Position numbers and translations under genes: made by a program
Notes under the pieces: generated by a model
Told to the model about the DNA's origin: nothing
The model's input: the letters and a program-made list of their open reading frames with translations, nothing else
Database searches by the model: none
In this document: positions 8,596-20,173 of the stretch, one piece after another
Numbering within the stretch: position 1 is the first letter of the stretch
Layout: each line of letters opens with the position of its first letter
Assembly: GCA_024276305.1 (NCBI GenBank)
Contig: JAJRXK010000108.1
Location: 8,172 to 72,171, forward strand
Direction of reading: 5' to 3'
Source: Candidatus Krumholzibacteriota bacterium
Lineage (GTDB): Bacteria; Krumholzibacteriota; Krumholzibacteriia; JAJRXK01
Length of the DNA stretch: 64,000 nt

Positions 8596-10677
8596 ATGCA
8601 TCGACGCCTACTCTCCGTCGTCGTTCTCCTGCTGCTGCCGGGCGTGGCCGCGGCCGATTCTCACCCCTTCGACGTGCACGACCTGCTGGCGATGCAGCGG
8701 GTGTCTGCGATGGCCGTGTCACCGGATGCTTCCCGGGTGGTGTACACGCTGCGCACCACGGACTTGGAAGCGGACCGGGGAAGGACCGATCTCTGGATGG
8801 TCGATGTGGAGAGTGGCCGGACTCGTCAGCTCACCTCGCATCCGGCCTCGGACGGCAGCGCCACCTTCGCGAGGGACGGCAAGAGCCTCTACTTCCTCTC
8901 TTCGCGGTCGGGGACTTCGCAGGTGTGGTGGCTTTCGCTCGAAGGCGGAGAGGCCCTTCCGGTGACCGACCTCCCCCTCGACGTGGGCACCTTCCGAATC
9001 TCTCGGGACGGCACCCGGATCGCGGTCAGCCTGGAGGTCTTCGTCGATGCGGCCACCCTCGAGGAAACGGTCGACCGTCTCGGCGCCGGCAGTGAGGACG
9101 CGGGAATCGTCTACGACTCGATCTTCGTTCGCCACTGGGACCAGTGGAAGGACGGACGCCGCCGCCACCTCTTCGTCGCGCCCCTGCGCGGCCGTGAGGT
9201 GGTCGGGGATTTCGTGGACATCATGCCGGGAATGGATGCCGATTGCCCCAACCAGCCCTTCGGCGGGAGGAGCGATTACACCTTCACTCCCGAAGGAGAC
9301 CGGCTGGTGTTCTCGGCCCGGGAGGTGGGAGCTTCCGAGGCCTGGAGCACGGATTTCGACCTCTATCTCGGGTGGTCCGACGGCGAGAAGGCACCCCAGT
9401 GCCTCACCTCCGAGAACGAAGCCTGGGATGCCCATCCGGTCTTCTCCCCCGACGGATCCCGCTTGGCCTACCTGGCCATGCGAGAGCCGGGCTACGAGGC
9501 GGATCGCTATCGTGTCGTCCTGCGCTCGTGGTCGGGGGTCGACCATGAATTCGGGGAGGCAGAGTGGGTGACCGAGGAGTGGGATCGTTCTCCCTCTTCT
9601 CTGAGCTGGGCCCCCGATGGGGGAAGTCTCTTGGCCCATGCCTCCAATCTGGGACGTCGTAGCCTCTTCCGCATCGATCTGGCCAAGGGAGGGGCCACGG
9701 AGTTGGTGGCGGGGGGGAGCGTCGCCGCCGAAGCGGAGGTCGGTGACAAGTTGTTCTATGCGGTGAGCGGTTTCGGGGGGCCCACCGAGCTCTACCACGC
9801 CCGCCGAGATGGTTCGCGGGCCGAGCGGCTCACCCACGTCAACGACGCGCGGGTGGCCGAGGCGGAGATGGGAACCTCCGAGCAATTCCACTTCGTGGGA
9901 GCCAACGGCGATACCGTCTACGGTTGGTTGGTGCGTCCGGTACCTTTCGACCCGGCCCACAAAGCCCCGGTGGCCTTTCTCATCCACGGCGGTCCTCAGG
10001 GGAGCTTCGGCACCAACTTCCACTATCGATGGAATCCTCAGGTCTACGCCGGTCGGGGCTATGCGGTGGTCATGATCGACTTTCACGGTTCGTCCGGCTA
10101 CGGCGAGGACTTCCAGAATGCCATCCAGAAGAATTGGGGTGGATGGCCCCTCGAAGATCTGCAGAAGGGGCTGGCCTACGTCCTCGAGCAGAACCCCTGG
10201 ATGGATGGCGACCGGGTGGCGGCCCTGGGGGCGAGCTACGGCGGCTACATGATCAACTGGATCGCCGGAAACTGGCCCGATCGCTTCACTTGTTTGGTCA
10301 ACCACGACGGCCTCTTCGACACCCGAGCCGGATACTATGCCACTGAGGAGTTGTGGTTCCCCGAGCGGGACTTCGGGGGAACCCCCTGGGCTCGTCCCGA
10401 ATTCTACGAGAAATGGAATCCGGCCAACTTCGTGGGCAACTGGAGGACTCCGATGCTGGTGGTTCATGGTGGCCGGGACTACCGGGTCCCTCTGTTCCAT
10501 GGCTTGGCGGCCTTCAACGCTCTGCAGCGACGGGGAATCGAGAGCCGACTGCTCTACTTTCCGAAGGAGAACCACTGGGTGCTACGACCGCAGAACAGCA
10601 TCCAGTGGCACGAGGAAGTGCTCGACTGGTTGGATCGATTCAACCAGGGCGAGGCGCAGCCGGCCTCCACTCGTTGA
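8596..10677 (+). CDS. S9 family (S9C, dipeptidyl/acylaminoacyl-peptidase-like) exported serine peptidase
   Basis: Signal peptide, beta-propeller repeats (SPDG), IHGGPQ, GASYGG, D(YRVP), ENHW catalytic motifs. Confidence 0.93.
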   Translation: MHRRLLSVVVLLLLPGVAAADSHPFDVHDLLAMQRVSAMAVSPDASRVVYTLRTTDLEADRGRTDLWMVDVESGRTRQLTSHPASDGSATFARDGKSLYFLSSRSGTSQVWWLSLEGGEALPVTDLPLDVGTFRISRDGTRIAVSLEVFVDAATLEETVDRLGAGSEDAGIVYDSIFVRHWDQWKDGRRRHLFVAPLRGREVVGDFVDIMPGMDADCPNQPFGGRSDYTFTPEGDRLVFSAREVGASEAWSTDFDLYLGWSDGEKAPQCLTSENEAWDAHPVFSPDGSRLAYLAMREPGYEADRYRVVLRSWSGVDHEFGEAEWVTEEWDRSPSSLSWAPDGGSLLAHASNLGRRSLFRIDLAKGGATELVAGGSVAAEAEVGDKLFYAVSGFGGPTELYHARRDGSRAERLTHVNDARVAEAEMGTSEQFHFVGANGDTVYGWLVRPVPFDPAHKAPVAFLIHGGPQGSFGTNFHYRWNPQVYAGRGYAVVMIDFHGSSGYGEDFQNAIQKNWGGWPLEDLQKGLAYVLEQNPWMDGDRVAALGASYGGYMINWIAGNWPDRFTCLVNHDGLFDTRAGYYATEELWFPERDFGGTPWARPEFYEKWNPANFVGNWRTPMLVVHGGRDYRVPLFHGLAAFNALQRRGIESRLLYFPKENHWVLRPQNSIQWHEEVLDWLDRFNQGEAQPASTR

Positions 10678-10678
10678 G

Positions 10679-11098
10679 ATGAGACAGGCTTCGACCACCT
10701 TTTGCATCGGCACTCCGGGACCGGGAACGATCGAGTTCACGGACCGGGTGCGCCAGTGGCTCGAGCAGGAGTCGGTGGTGGAGGGACTGTTGACCCTCCA
10801 CATTCGTCACACCTCGGCGTCGCTCTTGTTGCAGGAGAATGCCGACCCTCAGGTGCAGCGAGATCTCGAGCGATTCTTTCGGCGCTTGGTCCCCCCGGGG
10901 GATCCCCTCTTCGAACACGTGGCCGAGGGTCCCGACGACATGCCGGCCCATGTGCGTTGCGCTCTCACCACCACCCAACTCTCGATCCCGGTGGTCAGGA
11001 GTCGTATGGTGTTGGGGACTTGGCAGGGGATCTTCCTCTTCGAACATCGCGACCATCCCCATCGGCGGGAGGTCGCAGCCCACTTTCTGGGAGAGTAA
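10679..11098 (+). CDS. yjbQ: YjbQ/UPF0047 family protein (secondary thiamine-phosphate synthase-like)
   Basis: HTSASL..ENADP, EGPDDMPAH, LGTWQGIFLFEHR. Confidence 0.92.
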   Translation: MRQASTTFCIGTPGPGTIEFTDRVRQWLEQESVVEGLLTLHIRHTSASLLLQENADPQVQRDLERFFRRLVPPGDPLFEHVAEGPDDMPAHVRCALTTTQLSIPVVRSRMVLGTWQGIFLFEHRDHPHRREVAAHFLGE

Positions 11099-11101
11099 GA
11101 G

Positions 11102-11608
11102 ATGTCGCAGAAACTCCGCCGGGGATTCCTGGTTCTCATCGGAATCTTCGCCGTGGCCCAAGTCTTTCAGCCCGATCGTCAGCCTCCTTCTCCTTCGGCC
11201 TCCTCGATCTGGGACGAGCCGACTCTGCCGACGGAGGTCTCGGCGATCCTGTCCCGCGCCTGCTCGGATTGCCACAGCAACCGGACCGAGTGGCCGTGGT
11301 ATTCTCGGATCTCTCCCATCTCCTGGCTGGTGGCTCACGATGTCGACGAGGGGCGCGGCCATTTCAACTTCTCGCAGTGGAGTGACTACGAGCCCTACCG
11401 TCGCTACAAGATTCTCGAGGAGATCTGCGAAGAAGTGGAGGAGGGAGAGATGCCGCTGGCGATCTACCTCCCGCTGCATCCCGAGGCCAAGCTCGATGCG
11501 GAGGATCTGAGGACTCTCTGCACCTGGACCCGGACCTGGATGGACGAACTCCGGCCGCAGATCGGGGATTCACCGGACCGGTCCGAGGATCACGATCACG
11601 ACGATTGA
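11102..11608 (+). CDS. Heme-binding (Haem_bd-type) c-type cytochrome domain protein
   Basis: CSDCHSN, WPWYS..P.SW...DV..GR..FNFS.W, MPL..Y..LHPEA. Confidence 0.88.
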   Translation: MSQKLRRGFLVLIGIFAVAQVFQPDRQPPSPSASSIWDEPTLPTEVSAILSRACSDCHSNRTEWPWYSRISPISWLVAHDVDEGRGHFNFSQWSDYEPYRRYKILEEICEEVEEGEMPLAIYLPLHPEAKLDAEDLRTLCTWTRTWMDELRPQIGDSPDRSEDHDHDD

Positions 11609-11650
11609 GTCCTCTACCCCTCGAGCCCAAGACCTTCGAGCCAAAGATGA

Positions 11651-11682
11651 AGAGGGCGCCCACCCCACGGTGAGCGCCCTCT
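11651..11682 (-). terminator. Terminator hairpin between the cytochrome and OmpA genes
   Basis: AGAGGGCGCCCACC-CCAC-GGTGAGCGCCCTCT; the single mismatch is a G-U pair on the minus strand. Confidence 0.65.
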
Positions 11683-11707
11683 CTCTTGGGGTCTCTGCCG
11701 TCGCCAG

Positions 11708-13081
11708 CTAGAAGCCCGCCGGACCGCCTTCGAGCAACTTGGCCTCGATGCGGCGGTTCTGCTCGCGACCCTCTTCGGTGTTGTTCTCCGCGATGGGATT
11801 CGCTTCGCCGTAGCCCACCGAGACGATCCGGTCGGGGGTGATCCATTCGAAGCGTTCGATCATGAAGTCCCGAACCGCGTCGGCGCGAGCCTGGGAGAGT
11901 TGCAGGTTGGTCGCGTCGCTTCCGTAGCTGTCGGTGTAGCCGCCGATCTCCACCTTCATGGAGGGCCACTTCTGGAGAATGCGCGCGAGGGTACGGATCG
12001 TCGAGGTGATCCCCGAATCGATCTTGGTCTTTCCGGGGCGGAAGCGAACGTCGTCGAGGACGAGGAGCTTGTCGGTGTAGAAGCCTCGCTCCATGTCGGA
12101 CTCGATCCGCGGGCAACCCTTCAGGTCCACCCCAATGCCCAGGGGCGTATCGGGACAGTCATCGAGTCCGTCGTAGACTCCATCGCGGTCCGAATCGATC
12201 GGGCAGCCCTCCTCGTCGATCACCGCTCCTTCGGGAGTCTTGGAGCAGCGGTCGAGGCCGTCGTAGACGCCGTCTCCATCGGAATCGGAGGGGCAACCCA
12301 GCGAATCCACCACCGCTCCCACCGGAGTGCCGGGGCACTCGTCGATTCCGTCGAACACTCCGTCTTGGTCGGTGTCGACCGGGCAGCCCTTCGAGTCCAC
12401 GACCACTCGATCGGCGGTGCCGAGGCAGTCGTCGAAGCGGTCGATTACTCCATCGCCGTCGAGGTCCTTGTGCCAGTCGTCCCCGAATTCGAGCTGCACG
12501 CCGACCGAGGTCATGAAGTTGTGGTGGAGCCCGTCGTCGAGGACCCCGATCTCGTCGAATTTGACCAGGGCGTCCTTGAAGTCCAGGCGGAGGGACCAAC
12601 GGTGGAAGGGCCCGTCGCCCATCGGCACCAGCACTCCCGCCCCGTAGGACCAGCCTCGGGCGCGTCCGCTGCCGCCGAGTCCTTTGGGGTCGAGGTGGAT
12701 CTCCGACCATCCCGCGGTCAGATAGGGAACCAACCGCGAATCCGGGAGGAATTGGTATTTGAAGTCGGCGCTGAGGTGACGGACGATCACCTCGCGACCT
12801 CCGCTGCGTTCGATGGTGGGCACGTAGCCCAGAGTCCCTTCGATGCCGAAGTTCCGGGTGAATTGGAAGCCCAGGGCTCCTCCGAAGTAGATGTCGTCGT
12901 GGACCCCGGAGAACTCCGACATCACTCCCGCCCCGGCCAGGGGAGAGAAGGTCACGCGGGCACCATTGGGCTTGGCCTCCACCGCGCTCGCCATCCACGA
13001 CAGACTGACGAAGAGGACCCAGGCGAGTCCGGTAGCGCGGCGGAAGAACGACGAAGGGGTGAACGCGGGTGTCGACGACAC
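11708..13081 (-). CDS. OmpA family protein: beta-barrel, four thrombospondin type-3-like Ca-binding repeats, OmpA-C peptidoglycan-binding domain
   Basis: DxDxDGVxDxxDxC x4; GYTDSYG..NLQLSQARADAV..GYGE..NRRIE; GGAGG before GTG 13081. Confidence 0.92.
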   Translation of the reverse strand: MSSTPAFTPSSFFRRATGLAWVLFVSLSWMASAVEAKPNGARVTFSPLAGAGVMSEFSGVHDDIYFGGALGFQFTRNFGIEGTLGYVPTIERSGGREVIVRHLSADFKYQFLPDSRLVPYLTAGWSEIHLDPKGLGGSGRARGWSYGAGVLVPMGDGPFHRWSLRLDFKDALVKFDEIGVLDDGLHHNFMTSVGVQLEFGDDWHKDLDGDGVIDRFDDCLGTADRVVVDSKGCPVDTDQDGVFDGIDECPGTPVGAVVDSLGCPSDSDGDGVYDGLDRCSKTPEGAVIDEEGCPIDSDRDGVYDGLDDCPDTPLGIGVDLKGCPRIESDMERGFYTDKLLVLDDVRFRPGKTKIDSGITSTIRTLARILQKWPSMKVEIGGYTDSYGSDATNLQLSQARADAVRDFMIERFEWITPDRIVSVGYGEANPIAENNTEEGREQNRRIEAKLLEGGPAGF

Positions 13082-13220
13082 GGGGGATACCTCCCTGGGC
13101 CCAGAGGGCCATGAAACGACGAAAGCAAGCGCCCCAGCGAGGGGCGCCTGCTCTATGGAACAGCCTCGAAGCGGATCGCGCAAGGGCTTCTGCGCCGGAG
13201 AGGTGGCGATCCCCTCCGGC

Positions 13221-14309
13221 TCAGTTCTTTTCGGGTCGGATCCAGTGGCAGGTGTAGCCGCCGGGATGCTTTTCCAGATAGTCCTGATGGTAGTCCTCGG
13301 CGTCGGTCCAGGGCCCCGCGGCTTCGATCTGGGTCACGATGGGGTCGTCCCACTGACCGGAGGCTGCGACCTCGGCCTTGATGGCCTCCGCGATCTCTCT
13401 CTGCCGCTCGTCGTGGGTGAAGATGGCCGAGCGGTATTGCGTTCCCCGGTCATTGCCCTGGCGGTCGACGGTCGTGGGGTCGTGAATCCGGAAGAAGAAA
13501 CGGAGGAGGTCGGCGTAGCTCAGTCGGCGGGGATCGAAGACCACCCGAATGCTCTCGGCATGGCCCGTCCGGCCGGTCCGCACCTGTTCGTAGACCGGAT
13601 TCTCCACCTTTCCTCCGGCATATCCGACCTGGGTATCGAGGACCCCATCGAGATCCCGGATCAGGTCTTCCATTCCCCAGAAGCAGCCTCCCGCCAGGGT
13701 GGCCACCTCCCGTCGTTGGTTCGTGGACACCGCGAGGTCCTCCTCCCTCAGAATCCCAGCTTTCACGAAATCCGCCGCATAGTCGCCATAGCCCTCTGCG
13801 ACCAGCTCCTCGGCCGGAATGAAGCGCAGTGCCGCAGAATTGATGCAATAGCGCAGGCCGGTGGGCTGCGGGCCATCGGGGAAGACGTGGCCGAGGTGGG
13901 AATCGGAATGCCTGGCCCGGACCTCGGTGCGGACCATCCCCGCGGTCTCGTCGCGGAGCTCGACGATGTTCTGGCGGTCGAGGGGGCGGAGGAAGGCCGG
14001 CCATCCGCTCCCCGAATCGTATTTGTCGATCGACGAGAAGAGGGCTTCTCCCGAGACCACATCCACGTAGATGCCCGGGGCATCGTGGTGGTAGTAGCGG
14101 TTCTGGAAGGGACGCTCGGTGCCGTTCTCCTGGGTGACCTGGTATTCGAGGGGATCGAGGCGAGCTCGCAGCTCGGCCGGAGTGGGCTTTTGGAAATTCG
14201 TCACGTCGGGACCTCGTTGGGCCCATGCGAGACCGAAGGTCCCGCCAGTGCAGACCATGCAGAGCCAGCACATCCACACGAGCTTGGGGTCGGGTCGGAA
14301 TCGTCTCAT
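13221..14309 (-). CDS. msrAB: Exported bifunctional methionine sulfoxide reductase MsrB-MsrA
   Basis: [30 protein letters not shown] (MsrB); [29 protein letters not shown] (MsrA); N-terminal signal-like segment. Confidence 0.95.
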   Translation of the reverse strand: MRRFRPDPKLVWMCWLCMVCTGGTFGLAWAQRGPDVTNFQKPTPAELRARLDPLEYQVTQENGTERPFQNRYYHHDAPGIYVDVVSGEALFSSIDKYDSGSGWPAFLRPLDRQNIVELRDETAGMVRTEVRARHSDSHLGHVFPDGPQPTGLRYCINSAALRFIPAEELVAEGYGDYAADFVKAGILREEDLAVSTNQRREVATLAGGCFWGMEDLIRDLDGVLDTQVGYAGGKVENPVYEQVRTGRTGHAESIRVVFDPRRLSYADLLRFFFRIHDPTTVDRQGNDRGTQYRSAIFTHDERQREIAEAIKAEVAASGQWDDPIVTQIEAAGPWTDAEDYHQDYLEKHPGGYTCHWIRPEKN

Positions 14310-14347
14310 GAGCGCTCCTGGGGGAAGCCGCAGATGGTGCACATAGA

Positions 14348-17300
14348 CTAGACTCTGCCGTCCCCGGAGGCAATGGCCCCGCGTCCGAGTCTCCGCCGCA
14401 GGCGGCTGGGGAGGTCGAGGAGATCCTCGAGGATCAAGTAGCCGGAGGGCACCAGGAGAAGGGTCACCACGGTGGAGAAGAGCACCCCGAAGGCCAGACT
14501 CACCGCCAGCGGAATCAGGAATCGGGCCTGCAGGCTGCGTTCGAGCAGGATCGGAGTGAGTCCGGCGAAGGTCGTGACCGAGGTCAGCAGGATGGCCCGG
14601 AAACGGGCCGCTCCGGCGCGGCGCACGGCTTCGTGCATGTCGACTCCCTCGCGGCGCCGGCGATTGACATAGTCGACGAGGACCAGGCTGTCGTTCACCA
14701 CCACGCCGGTCAGGGCCACCATTCCCACCACGCTCAACACGCTCAAGGACATGCCCATCAGGATGTGTCCCCAGATCGCGCCGACCAGTCCGAAGGGGAC
14801 TGCAGTCATGACCACCAGGGCGTGGAGGTAGGAGCGGAAGGGAATGGCCATCATGGCGTAGATCACCATCAGGATGACCGCAAATCCCCGGATCAGCCCG
14901 TGCATGGACTCGCGCTGCTCCTTCTGCTCGCCTTCGATGGTCCAGTTCACCCCCGGATGCCGAGCCAGGATTTCGGGGAGGTCCTTCGAGGTGAGCGATG
15001 CGATCACTTCGGTGGCATTGGCCACTGCGTCGTCGACGTCGGCGGTGACATTGATCACTCGCTGCCGCTGCACCCGGTGGATGGTGGAGAATCCCCGGCC
15101 GAGCTCCGCGCGGGCGACGCGGTACAGGGGGGCTTCGATGCCGCCGGGGAGACGGATGCGCAGCCCCCGCAAGTCCTCGAGACTTCGTCGTCGGGATTGG
15201 GGATAGCGCACCATGACCTTCACTTCGTCTCGTCCCCGCTGAATGCGCTGGGCTTCCGCTCCGTAGAACGCCTGCCGCACCTGGCGGGCCAGATCCGCTT
15301 GGGTCAGTCCCAGGAGTTCCCCCTCGGGCAGGATGTGGAGTTGGACCTCTTGCTTGCCCTGGCGGTAGTTGTCGCGGATGTCCTGCACGCCGGCATAGCC
15401 CGCGAGACGATCCTCGAGTTCCGTGGTCACCGCGGCCAGGGCGTCGAGGTCGTGGGAGGCGAGTTGAATGTCGATGGCCTCGCCGGCCCGGAAGAGCGAG
15501 GATCGGAAGGAGAGGGCGCTGGCTCCCGGAATCTCTCCGCAGCCTTCTCTCCACCGTCGGGCGATTTCGGCCGCGCTCACTTCTCGATCGGCAGAAGGCA
15601 CGAGTTCGAGAGTGACTTCGCCGAGATGCGACCCTTTGAAGTTCCCCTCGGGAGTTCCCATGGGCCCTCCGCTCTCGAGGGCGCTGGGTTGGTCGCCGAC
15701 CGCGGCGTAGGAGTGGAGGATCACCGCCTGGCCTCCGGCCTCCTCGGACAAGCTTCTCTGGAGGTCGGCGGCGACCTTCTCGAGCCGCTCGATGGCCGCG
15801 TTGGTGGCCGCCACCGGAGTCCCGAGGGGCATCTCCAGCGAAGCGGTGATCGATTCGGACTCGACCTCGGGCATGAAGGTGAACTTCAGGAATCCGCCCG
15901 CGACAGAGCCGGCGGTGAGCAGCACGGTGGCGACGCCCGCCGCCACCGCGGTGTAGCGCCATCGCAGACAGAGATCGAGGAAGGGCTGGTAGCGCTCGGC
16001 CACGAAGCGTTCGAGACCTCGGGCCACGGCCTCTTGAATCCGGTACCACCACTGCGTCAGGCCCCGGTGCGAGGGCTGGGTTGGGGACTTCATGTGCTTG
16101 AGATGGGCGGGCAGGATGAGTTGCGATTCGACCAAGGAGAAGATCAACACCGGAATCACGATCAGGGGAATCACTTTCCAGATCTTCCCGGTATTCCCGG
16201 GGATCATGGTCAGCGGGACGAAGGCGGCGACGGTGGTCAGCACTCCGAAGATCACCGGGGTGGCGACCTCTTGAGTTCCCTCGACGGCGGCGCGCACCGC
16301 GTCGCCGTGGCGGCGGTAGTGGGTATAGATGTTTTCGCCCACGACGATGGCATCATCGACCACGATTCCCAACACCAGGATGAAGGCGAAGAGGGTGATC
16401 AGATTGATGGTGACCCCGAGCACCGGCATCAGCCAGATCGCTCCCAAGAAGGACACCGGGATTCCCAGACTCACCCACAGGGCGAGGCGGAAGCGCAGGA
16501 AGAGAGCCAGTACCAGGAACACCAGTACGAGACCGGTCATTCCGTTGCGCAGGAGCAGATCCCGACGGCCCTTGAGGTGGACCGACATGTCGTTCCACAC
16601 CGTCATCTGGATGCCCTCGGGCAACCAGGTCGAGGCCTGGTCGATGTAGTCGTAGACCTTCGACGCGATGTCGATGGCATCTTCGTCGCCGACTCGGTAG
16701 ACCTGCACCATGACCGCACTCTGGTGGTCGAAGCGTGACGACTGATCGGTCTCAGCGAATCCATCGATGACCGTGGCGACCTCCGACAACCCCAGACGGC
16801 TGCCATCCGTCTCCTGCCGCACCGCGATTCGGTCGAAGTCCCGGCCCACGTAGGCTTGGCCCACGCTCCGCACCAAGATCTCGCCCCCTTCGGTCTTGAT
16901 GCTGCCGCCGGGGAGGTCCAAGGAAGAACTCCGCACCGCCTGGACCACTTCGTCGAAGCTCAGGCCCAGACGACGCATCTGACTTTCGCTCAGGGCGATG
17001 GTGATCTCGTAGGGCCGGGCGCTCACGAGGTCGACTTGGGAGATCCCGTCGATGAGAGCCAGCTCGTCACGGACCCTCTCGCCCAACTTCTTGATCGAGA
17101 CTTCGTCCGCCGGGCCGGAGATCGCGACGCTGAGCACCTGGCGTCGCACGACCAACTCGCCGATCACCGGCTTTTCGGCTTCCTCGGGAAAGGTGATGAT
17201 GGCGTCGACCCGGGTCTTCACGTCGTCGAGGACTCGGCGCAGGTCCTCGCCGGGTTTGACCTCGATGGTCACCACCCCGCGGCCCTCGTCGCTGCTCGAC

Positions 17301-17545
17301 CGGATCTCGTCGATGCCGTCCACCCCTTGGACCTGTTCTTCGATCTTGATGCAGATCGACTCCTCGACCTCCGAGGGAGTTGCCCCGGGATAGGGGACGG
17401 TGACCACCACCGCGTCGGCGGAGAATTCGGGGAAGATCTCCTGCCGCAGGGTGAACACCGTGGTCAGCCCCCCCGACAGGACCAGAATCATGAGCACATT
17501 GGCCGCGACGGAATTCTCGGCGAACCAGCGAACCACGCCCTTCAT
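14348..17545 (-). CDS. RND efflux permease (AcrB/AcrD/AcrF family)
   Basis: [35 protein letters not shown]; about 1065 aa. Confidence 0.95.
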   Translation of the reverse strand: MKGVVRWFAENSVAANVLMILVLSGGLTTVFTLRQEIFPEFSADAVVVTVPYPGATPSEVEESICIKIEEQVQGVDGIDEIRSSSDEGRGVVTIEVKPGEDLRRVLDDVKTRVDAIITFPEEAEKPVIGELVVRRQVLSVAISGPADEVSIKKLGERVRDELALIDGISQVDLVSARPYEITIALSESQMRRLGLSFDEVVQAVRSSSLDLPGGSIKTEGGEILVRSVGQAYVGRDFDRIAVRQETDGSRLGLSEVATVIDGFAETDQSSRFDHQSAVMVQVYRVGDEDAIDIASKVYDYIDQASTWLPEGIQMTVWNDMSVHLKGRRDLLLRNGMTGLVLVFLVLALFLRFRLALWVSLGIPVSFLGAIWLMPVLGVTINLITLFAFILVLGIVVDDAIVVGENIYTHYRRHGDAVRAAVEGTQEVATPVIFGVLTTVAAFVPLTMIPGNTGKIWKVIPLIVIPVLIFSLVESQLILPAHLKHMKSPTQPSHRGLTQWWYRIQEAVARGLERFVAERYQPFLDLCLRWRYTAVAAGVATVLLTAGSVAGGFLKFTFMPEVESESITASLEMPLGTPVAATNAAIERLEKVAADLQRSLSEEAGGQAVILHSYAAVGDQPSALESGGPMGTPEGNFKGSHLGEVTLELVPSADREVSAAEIARRWREGCGEIPGASALSFRSSLFRAGEAIDIQLASHDLDALAAVTTELEDRLAGYAGVQDIRDNYRQGKQEVQLHILPEGELLGLTQADLARQVRQAFYGAEAQRIQRGRDEVKVMVRYPQSRRRSLEDLRGLRIRLPGGIEAPLYRVARAELGRGFSTIHRVQRQRVINVTADVDDAVANATEVIASLTSKDLPEILARHPGVNWTIEGEQKEQRESMHGLIRGFAVILMVIYAMMAIPFRSYLHALVVMTAVPFGLVGAIWGHILMGMSLSVLSVVGMVALTGVVVNDSLVLVDYVNRRRREGVDMHEAVRRAGAARFRAILLTSVTTFAGLTPILLERSLQARFLIPLAVSLAFGVLFSTVVTLLLVPSGYLILEDLLDLPSRLRRRLGRGAIASGDGRV

Positions 17546-18705
17546 CGTTCCGACTCCCCGACCGGCTGAACTCGCATCGCTTCGACCACCGCGGAGAGGG
17601 GGGAGAGGCAAATGCGTTCGCCGTCTTCCAGCCCGCCGGCCAGGATCGTGTCCCTGCGGCCTCGCTGCAGGACTTCGACTTCGCGGATGTCGATGCGGTC
17701 CTGCGCATCCACGACCAGGACCGTGGAGTCGGGTCGAAGGGCGGCGGTGGGAATCCGGATCCCTTCGACCTCTCGTCCCAGGATCTCCGCTTGGACGAAC
17801 ATCCCCACCGCCAGGGGAGTGGTGGTGCCGGTGTTGCGCCCGTAGGGGTCGGCCACTCGCGCCACGAGGTGTACCATTCGGGTGCGGGAGTCGATTTCCG
17901 CTTCACTCCGCTCGATGAATCCTTCCCACTGCCCTTCCCGCTGGGCGAAGTTGCAGCGGAGCACCACTCTCGGGCCGTGGTCCCGAGGCTGGGCCCGGAA
18001 TCCCAGGGGCAGATCGAGGTAGGCCAGATCCGAGTCGGGGATCGGCAGGCGGATCTCCGCGTAGTCCACGGCGTAGACGGTCGCGGCCACCGTTCCCGGA
18101 GCCAGAACATCTCCCAGGTCGACATTCTTCGATCGGATTCGGCCGTCGTAGGGGGCCACGAGGCGACTGCGGTCGAGGTCGCGTCGGGCCTTGTCGACCA
18201 GGGTCTGGGCCGAGGCCACCGCGGCGCGGGCGGAGGCGAGCTGAGGCCGCCGGAGGACCAGATCCGAGGGAGGTCCGCCCTCGAAACTCTCCCACTCCTG
18301 TGCGGCCACGCTCCGTTCCTGGTCTTCGAGGGCCAGGCGAAGCTGGGCCGCCACCAGAGCCTCCTGGGCCTGGGCCAGGGTCACTCGCAGATCCCGATCG
18401 TCGAGGACCAGCAGAGTGTCTCCCTCTTCGAAGAAGGACCCGGGGCGGAAGTGGTCGCTCACGCGGACCACCCGTCCGCCGACTTCGGCCACCAGCCGGC
18501 TGGAGGTCCGAGGACTCACCGTGCCCTGAGTGCGAACGACCAAGCGGTGGGCTGCGAGGCGGACGGTCTGGACCTCCACTGAGGGAACCACTCGAGGACG
18601 GGGTTGGCGGTCGGGTTCGGCCCGTAGGCCGCGAAGCCCTCGCATTCCGAGCCCTCCGACCACGAGGATGAGGATGGGAAGCAGGAGAGGAAGGCGGCGT
18701 CTCAT
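17542..18705 (-). CDS. RND periplasmic adaptor (MFP) subunit
   Basis: N-terminal TM, EVGGRV, APYDGRI, GMFVQAEI; ATGA overlap with the permease. Confidence 0.93.
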   Translation of the reverse strand: MRRRLPLLLPILILVVGGLGMRGLRGLRAEPDRQPRPRVVPSVEVQTVRLAAHRLVVRTQGTVSPRTSSRLVAEVGGRVVRVSDHFRPGSFFEEGDTLLVLDDRDLRVTLAQAQEALVAAQLRLALEDQERSVAAQEWESFEGGPPSDLVLRRPQLASARAAVASAQTLVDKARRDLDRSRLVAPYDGRIRSKNVDLGDVLAPGTVAATVYAVDYAEIRLPIPDSDLAYLDLPLGFRAQPRDHGPRVVLRCNFAQREGQWEGFIERSEAEIDSRTRMVHLVARVADPYGRNTGTTTPLAVGMFVQAEILGREVEGIRIPTAALRPDSTVLVVDAQDRIDIREVEVLQRGRRDTILAGGLEDGERICLSPLSAVVEAMRVQPVGESER

Positions 18706-18709
18706 GGAT

Positions 18710-20173
18710 TCACCTCGAAGTCGTGGAAGATGGGGAGGAAGTTGGCGGAGTCGGTGAGAGGCCTCCACCCAGGGCGACATGGAGGTCCACCCGTTGGCGG
18801 AGGCGCTGGGCTTCGAGAGAGACGAGTTGGGTCTCGGCCTCCAGGAACCGGCGCTGGGACTCCAACACCACCAGGAAATCTCCCACCCCGCGACGGTAGC
18901 GCGCTTCGGAGAGGTCGGCGGCCCGTCGGGCCGAGGCCGTGGCCCGACGGAGGGCCGCTTCCCGCGCGGCCAGGCCGGCCTCGGCGTCGAGGGCATTCTC
19001 GACTTCCTCGAAGGCCTGGAGGGCGGTGGTGGCGTATTGCTCCAGGCTCGCCCGCTGGGCCGCACGCTGAGCCTGGACTCGGGCCCGGAGACGTCCACCC
19101 TGGAAGAGGGGTTGGACCAGGTTTCCGGCGATCGACCAGATGGAGAAGTTGCCGTCGAGGAGGTCGGAGAGTTGGTCGCTGGTGGTTCCCACGCTGCTGC
19201 TCAGACTGAGGCGGGGCAGCAGGTCTCGGCGGGCCGCAGTCAGGAGGGCTCCACTGGCGGTCAGACGTCGTTCGGCCGCCACCAGATCCGGGCGCCGCAG
19301 GAGAAGATCCCCGGGCAACCCCGCGGGAGGAAGGGGCCGGAGGGGGGGAAGATCGCCATGCTCTTCGAGAGCGGCGCGAGGATAGCGGCCCAGCAGAATC
19401 TCCAGCTGCCGACGACTGCGGTCTTCGGCGGTCTGACGCTCCTCGAGGAGGGCCTGAGCCGAGGCCCATTGGGTGCGGGCCAGATGGAGGTCGAGGGAAG
19501 AGGTCAAGCCCCGTTCGTAACGAGACTGGGTGTGGCGAAGGGTCTGGGCGTAGGTCTCGACCGTGCGCTCTGCGAGTTCCCGCAGGCGACGACTCTCGAT
19601 CACCGCGGACCAGGCCCGGATGGACTGGGCCGCCACACTCAGACGCGCTCCTTCGAGGTCGGCCTGGCTGGCCTGCCACTGGGCGACCGAGGCCCGAGCC
19701 TGCTGGCCGAGCCGATTCCACAGGTCGATCTCCCAGGAGCTCTGCAATCCGAGGGAGTAGGAATTCGAAAGCGAAGATGCGGGACCCGGTCCCGGAAAGG
19801 GCAGACCCACGAAGATCTGCTTGCGCCGCGAGACCCCGGAGGTGGCCTCGAGTTGGGGCCAACGGCCGGCTCCGGCGATGGTCACATTGGCGCGGGCGGC
19901 CTCGACATTCGCGAGGGCGATGCCCACGCTGGGATTGTGAGCCAGAGCTTCCTCCACCACCGAATCGATGCGGGCATCGGCGAAGGCGGTCCACCAGGCT
20001 TCGGTCGGAGGAGGCAGAGGGAGGTCCCCCTCGGTGGAGGTCTCCCAGGCTTCGGGAATCTCCACTCGGTCTTGCAGGGTTGTGGGCCGCCCGGGTCCGG
20101 GTGCGGTCGCGCATCCCATTCCCACCGAGAGCAGAAGGGCTGCGACTACCCCTCGTGATAGGAGTCGTCTCAT
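18710..20173 (-). CDS. Outer membrane efflux lipoprotein (NodT/OprM/TolC family)
   Basis: Lipobox-like GMGC, SWEIDLW, LLRRPDL..AER, EVENAL, ALGGG. Confidence 0.95.
   Translation of the reverse strand: MRRLLSRGVVAALLLSVGMGCATAPGPGRPTTLQDRVEIPEAWETSTEGDLPLPPPTEAWWTAFADARIDSVVEEALAHNPSVGIALANVEAARANVTIAGAGRWPQLEATSGVSRRKQIFVGLPFPGPGPASSLSNSYSLGLQSSWEIDLWNRLGQQARASVAQWQASQADLEGARLSVAAQSIRAWSAVIESRRLRELAERTVETYAQTLRHTQSRYERGLTSSLDLHLARTQWASAQALLEERQTAEDRSRRQLEILLGRYPRAALEEHGDLPPLRPLPPAGLPGDLLLRRPDLVAAERRLTASGALLTAARRDLLPRLSLSSSVGTTSDQLSDLLDGNFSIWSIAGNLVQPLFQGGRLRARVQAQRAAQRASLEQYATTALQAFEEVENALDAEAGLAAREAALRRATASARRAADLSEARYRRGVGDFLVVLESQRRFLEAETQLVSLEAQRLRQRVDLHVALGGGLSPTPPTSSPSSTTSR

Noticed and set aside
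12140-12470. Periodic DNA repeats resembling an array
   Set aside because: They encode the Asp-rich TSP3-like repeats of OmpA; there is no repeat-spacer structure and no cas genes.
14310-16052. Apparent 943-aa MsrAB fusion
   Set aside because: The extension is an alternative frame over the RND gene; the RBS and ATG at 14309 give a normal MsrB-MsrA.
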